NCBI GenBank assembly: GCA_963764725.1
Contig: CAVXTM010000001.1
Location: 192,001 to 256,000, forward strand
From: an uncultured Gammaproteobacteria bacterium
GTDB lineage: Bacteria > Pseudomonadota > Gammaproteobacteria > JACCXJ01
DNA: 64,000 bases
Direction of reading: 5' to 3'
In this document: positions 63,184 to 64,000 of the stretch, in pieces
Layout of the letters: every line of letters starts with the position of its first letter
Numbering within the stretch: the first letter of the stretch is position 1
Notes under the pieces: generated by a model
Databases searched by the model: none
What the model was told of the DNA's origin: nothing
The model's input: only the letters and a program-made list of their open reading frames with translations
Translations under genes and position numbers: made by a program

Positions 63184-63274
63184 CGCGCCCCGTCATGACA
63201 GGAGAGCCTATCGCGAGGTAGGACACGCCCATACCCGGTGGCGGCAAACTCTGGATTGATTATATAGTAGTCCC

Positions 63275-63535
63275 ATGAACGACACTGTGCCGACTTTGCC
63301 GGTAACTGCCGTACTGGACGTAACGGATTTAAAGTGCCCATTGCCGTTGCTCAAGACCAAGGTCGAGCTGAACCGGATTCAACCTGGGCAAATCCTGCGG
63401 GTCTTGGCGACCGATCCCATGGCGGTCGTGGACCTGCGGGCCTTTTGTGTGCGCAGTGGACACGAGATGCTGCGTTGGGACGAGCGCGGACGGGTGTGGG
63501 AATTTTTGATCCGTAAAGCGGCGAGCGATTCATAA
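63275..63535 (+). CDS. tusA: Sulfurtransferase TusA/SirA family
   Basis: LDVTDLKCPLP, VLATDP. Confidence 0.85.
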   Translation: MNDTVPTLPVTAVLDVTDLKCPLPLLKTKVELNRIQPGQILRVLATDPMAVVDLRAFCVRSGHEMLRWDERGRVWEFLIRKAASDS

Positions 63536-64000
63536 CGATCGCGAAACGCTTGTTTGTTTCTTTATGAAACAAAAGACAACGCGCAAAAACTCCCTAGCCT
63601 GCGTGTAAATCCCGGGCTGCTTGCTTTCTCGCGGTCCGGCCACGTTTAGCACCTCGATGCGGTTTTCCGCCATCCACCCGTAAATAACCTCGGTTCCCGG
63701 TGGGTGTTGCAGGTCAATAATTATATTGGGTTTGCTGTTGCGGGCGGCCCATCGTGCCGTCAGCGCCGTGCCACCGTCCATCACACCACGTATCAGAATA
63801 AGGGTCCCGTCCGCATCGAGCACGTTGCGTTCGCTGCGGTCTCCATAGCGGTCGGAATCAAGCTCACGTAGAGGGTAATGTGCCGGAACGCGTCCATCTT
63901 CCGCACGCCTCCCGCGCGGGCACCAGCCTCCGCAGCGGATCCCCAATTCCAGGGCGGTATCGAGAGCCGCACGGTCGACCCCTGTCTGGCCCCCCGATAG
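63530..64000 (-). CDS. Putative molybdenum carrier / YpsA-like SLOG protein (5' partial)
   Basis: SGGQTGVDRAALD, GGWCPRGR, NVLDADGTL, LNVAGPRES. Confidence 0.85.
   Translation of the reverse strand, partial: LSGGQTGVDRAALDTALELGIRCGGWCPRGRRAEDGRVPAHYPLRELDSDRYGDRSERNVLDADGTLILIRGVMDGGTALTARWAARNSKPNIIIDLQHPPGTEVIYGWMAENRIEVLNVAGPRESKQPGIYTQAREFLRVVFCFIKKQTSVSRSL

Noticed and set aside
1-64000. CRISPR arrays, tRNA, rRNA
   Set aside because: No regularly spaced repeats or recognisable structural RNA genes seen by eye

Overview
Gammaproteobacterial-type chromosomal window with four parts. (1) 1-15.4 kb is a decaying, mosaic surface-glycan accessory region. It holds methyltransferases, glycosyltransferases, sulfotransferase-like P-loop proteins and pseudogenes, plus several mobile elements: an IS without terminal inverted repeats inserted at CTAA in a DUF2207 remnant, a dead group II intron cut by IS630, and an IS481 stub. 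(2) 15.4-30.1 kb is a Wzm/Wzt polysaccharide locus with a CMP-transferase/dehydrogenase/MBL module but no NeuB in the window, an EPS-type MarR regulator and wbpV/L/M-like genes. A di-heme cytochrome c gene follows, bracketed by an 84-bp duplication of the wbpM 3' end. (3) 32.5-48.1 kb is housekeeping: leuS-lptE-holA, kdsD-kdsC-lptCAB with a MITE, amgK-murU, patatin, lolC/E-lolD, DUF2062 and comEC. (4) From 48.1 kb there is a small island ending in a ~115-bp copy of internal comEC and carrying an ABC-ATPase/Toprim gene. It is followed by Uma2, rhomboid, a C39-peptidase/RimK/GCS2/formylglutamate-amidohydrolase operon, MltD-like and class A PBP-like genes, tusA and a SLOG-family gene. Product calls come from recognising motifs by eye; no database search was run.
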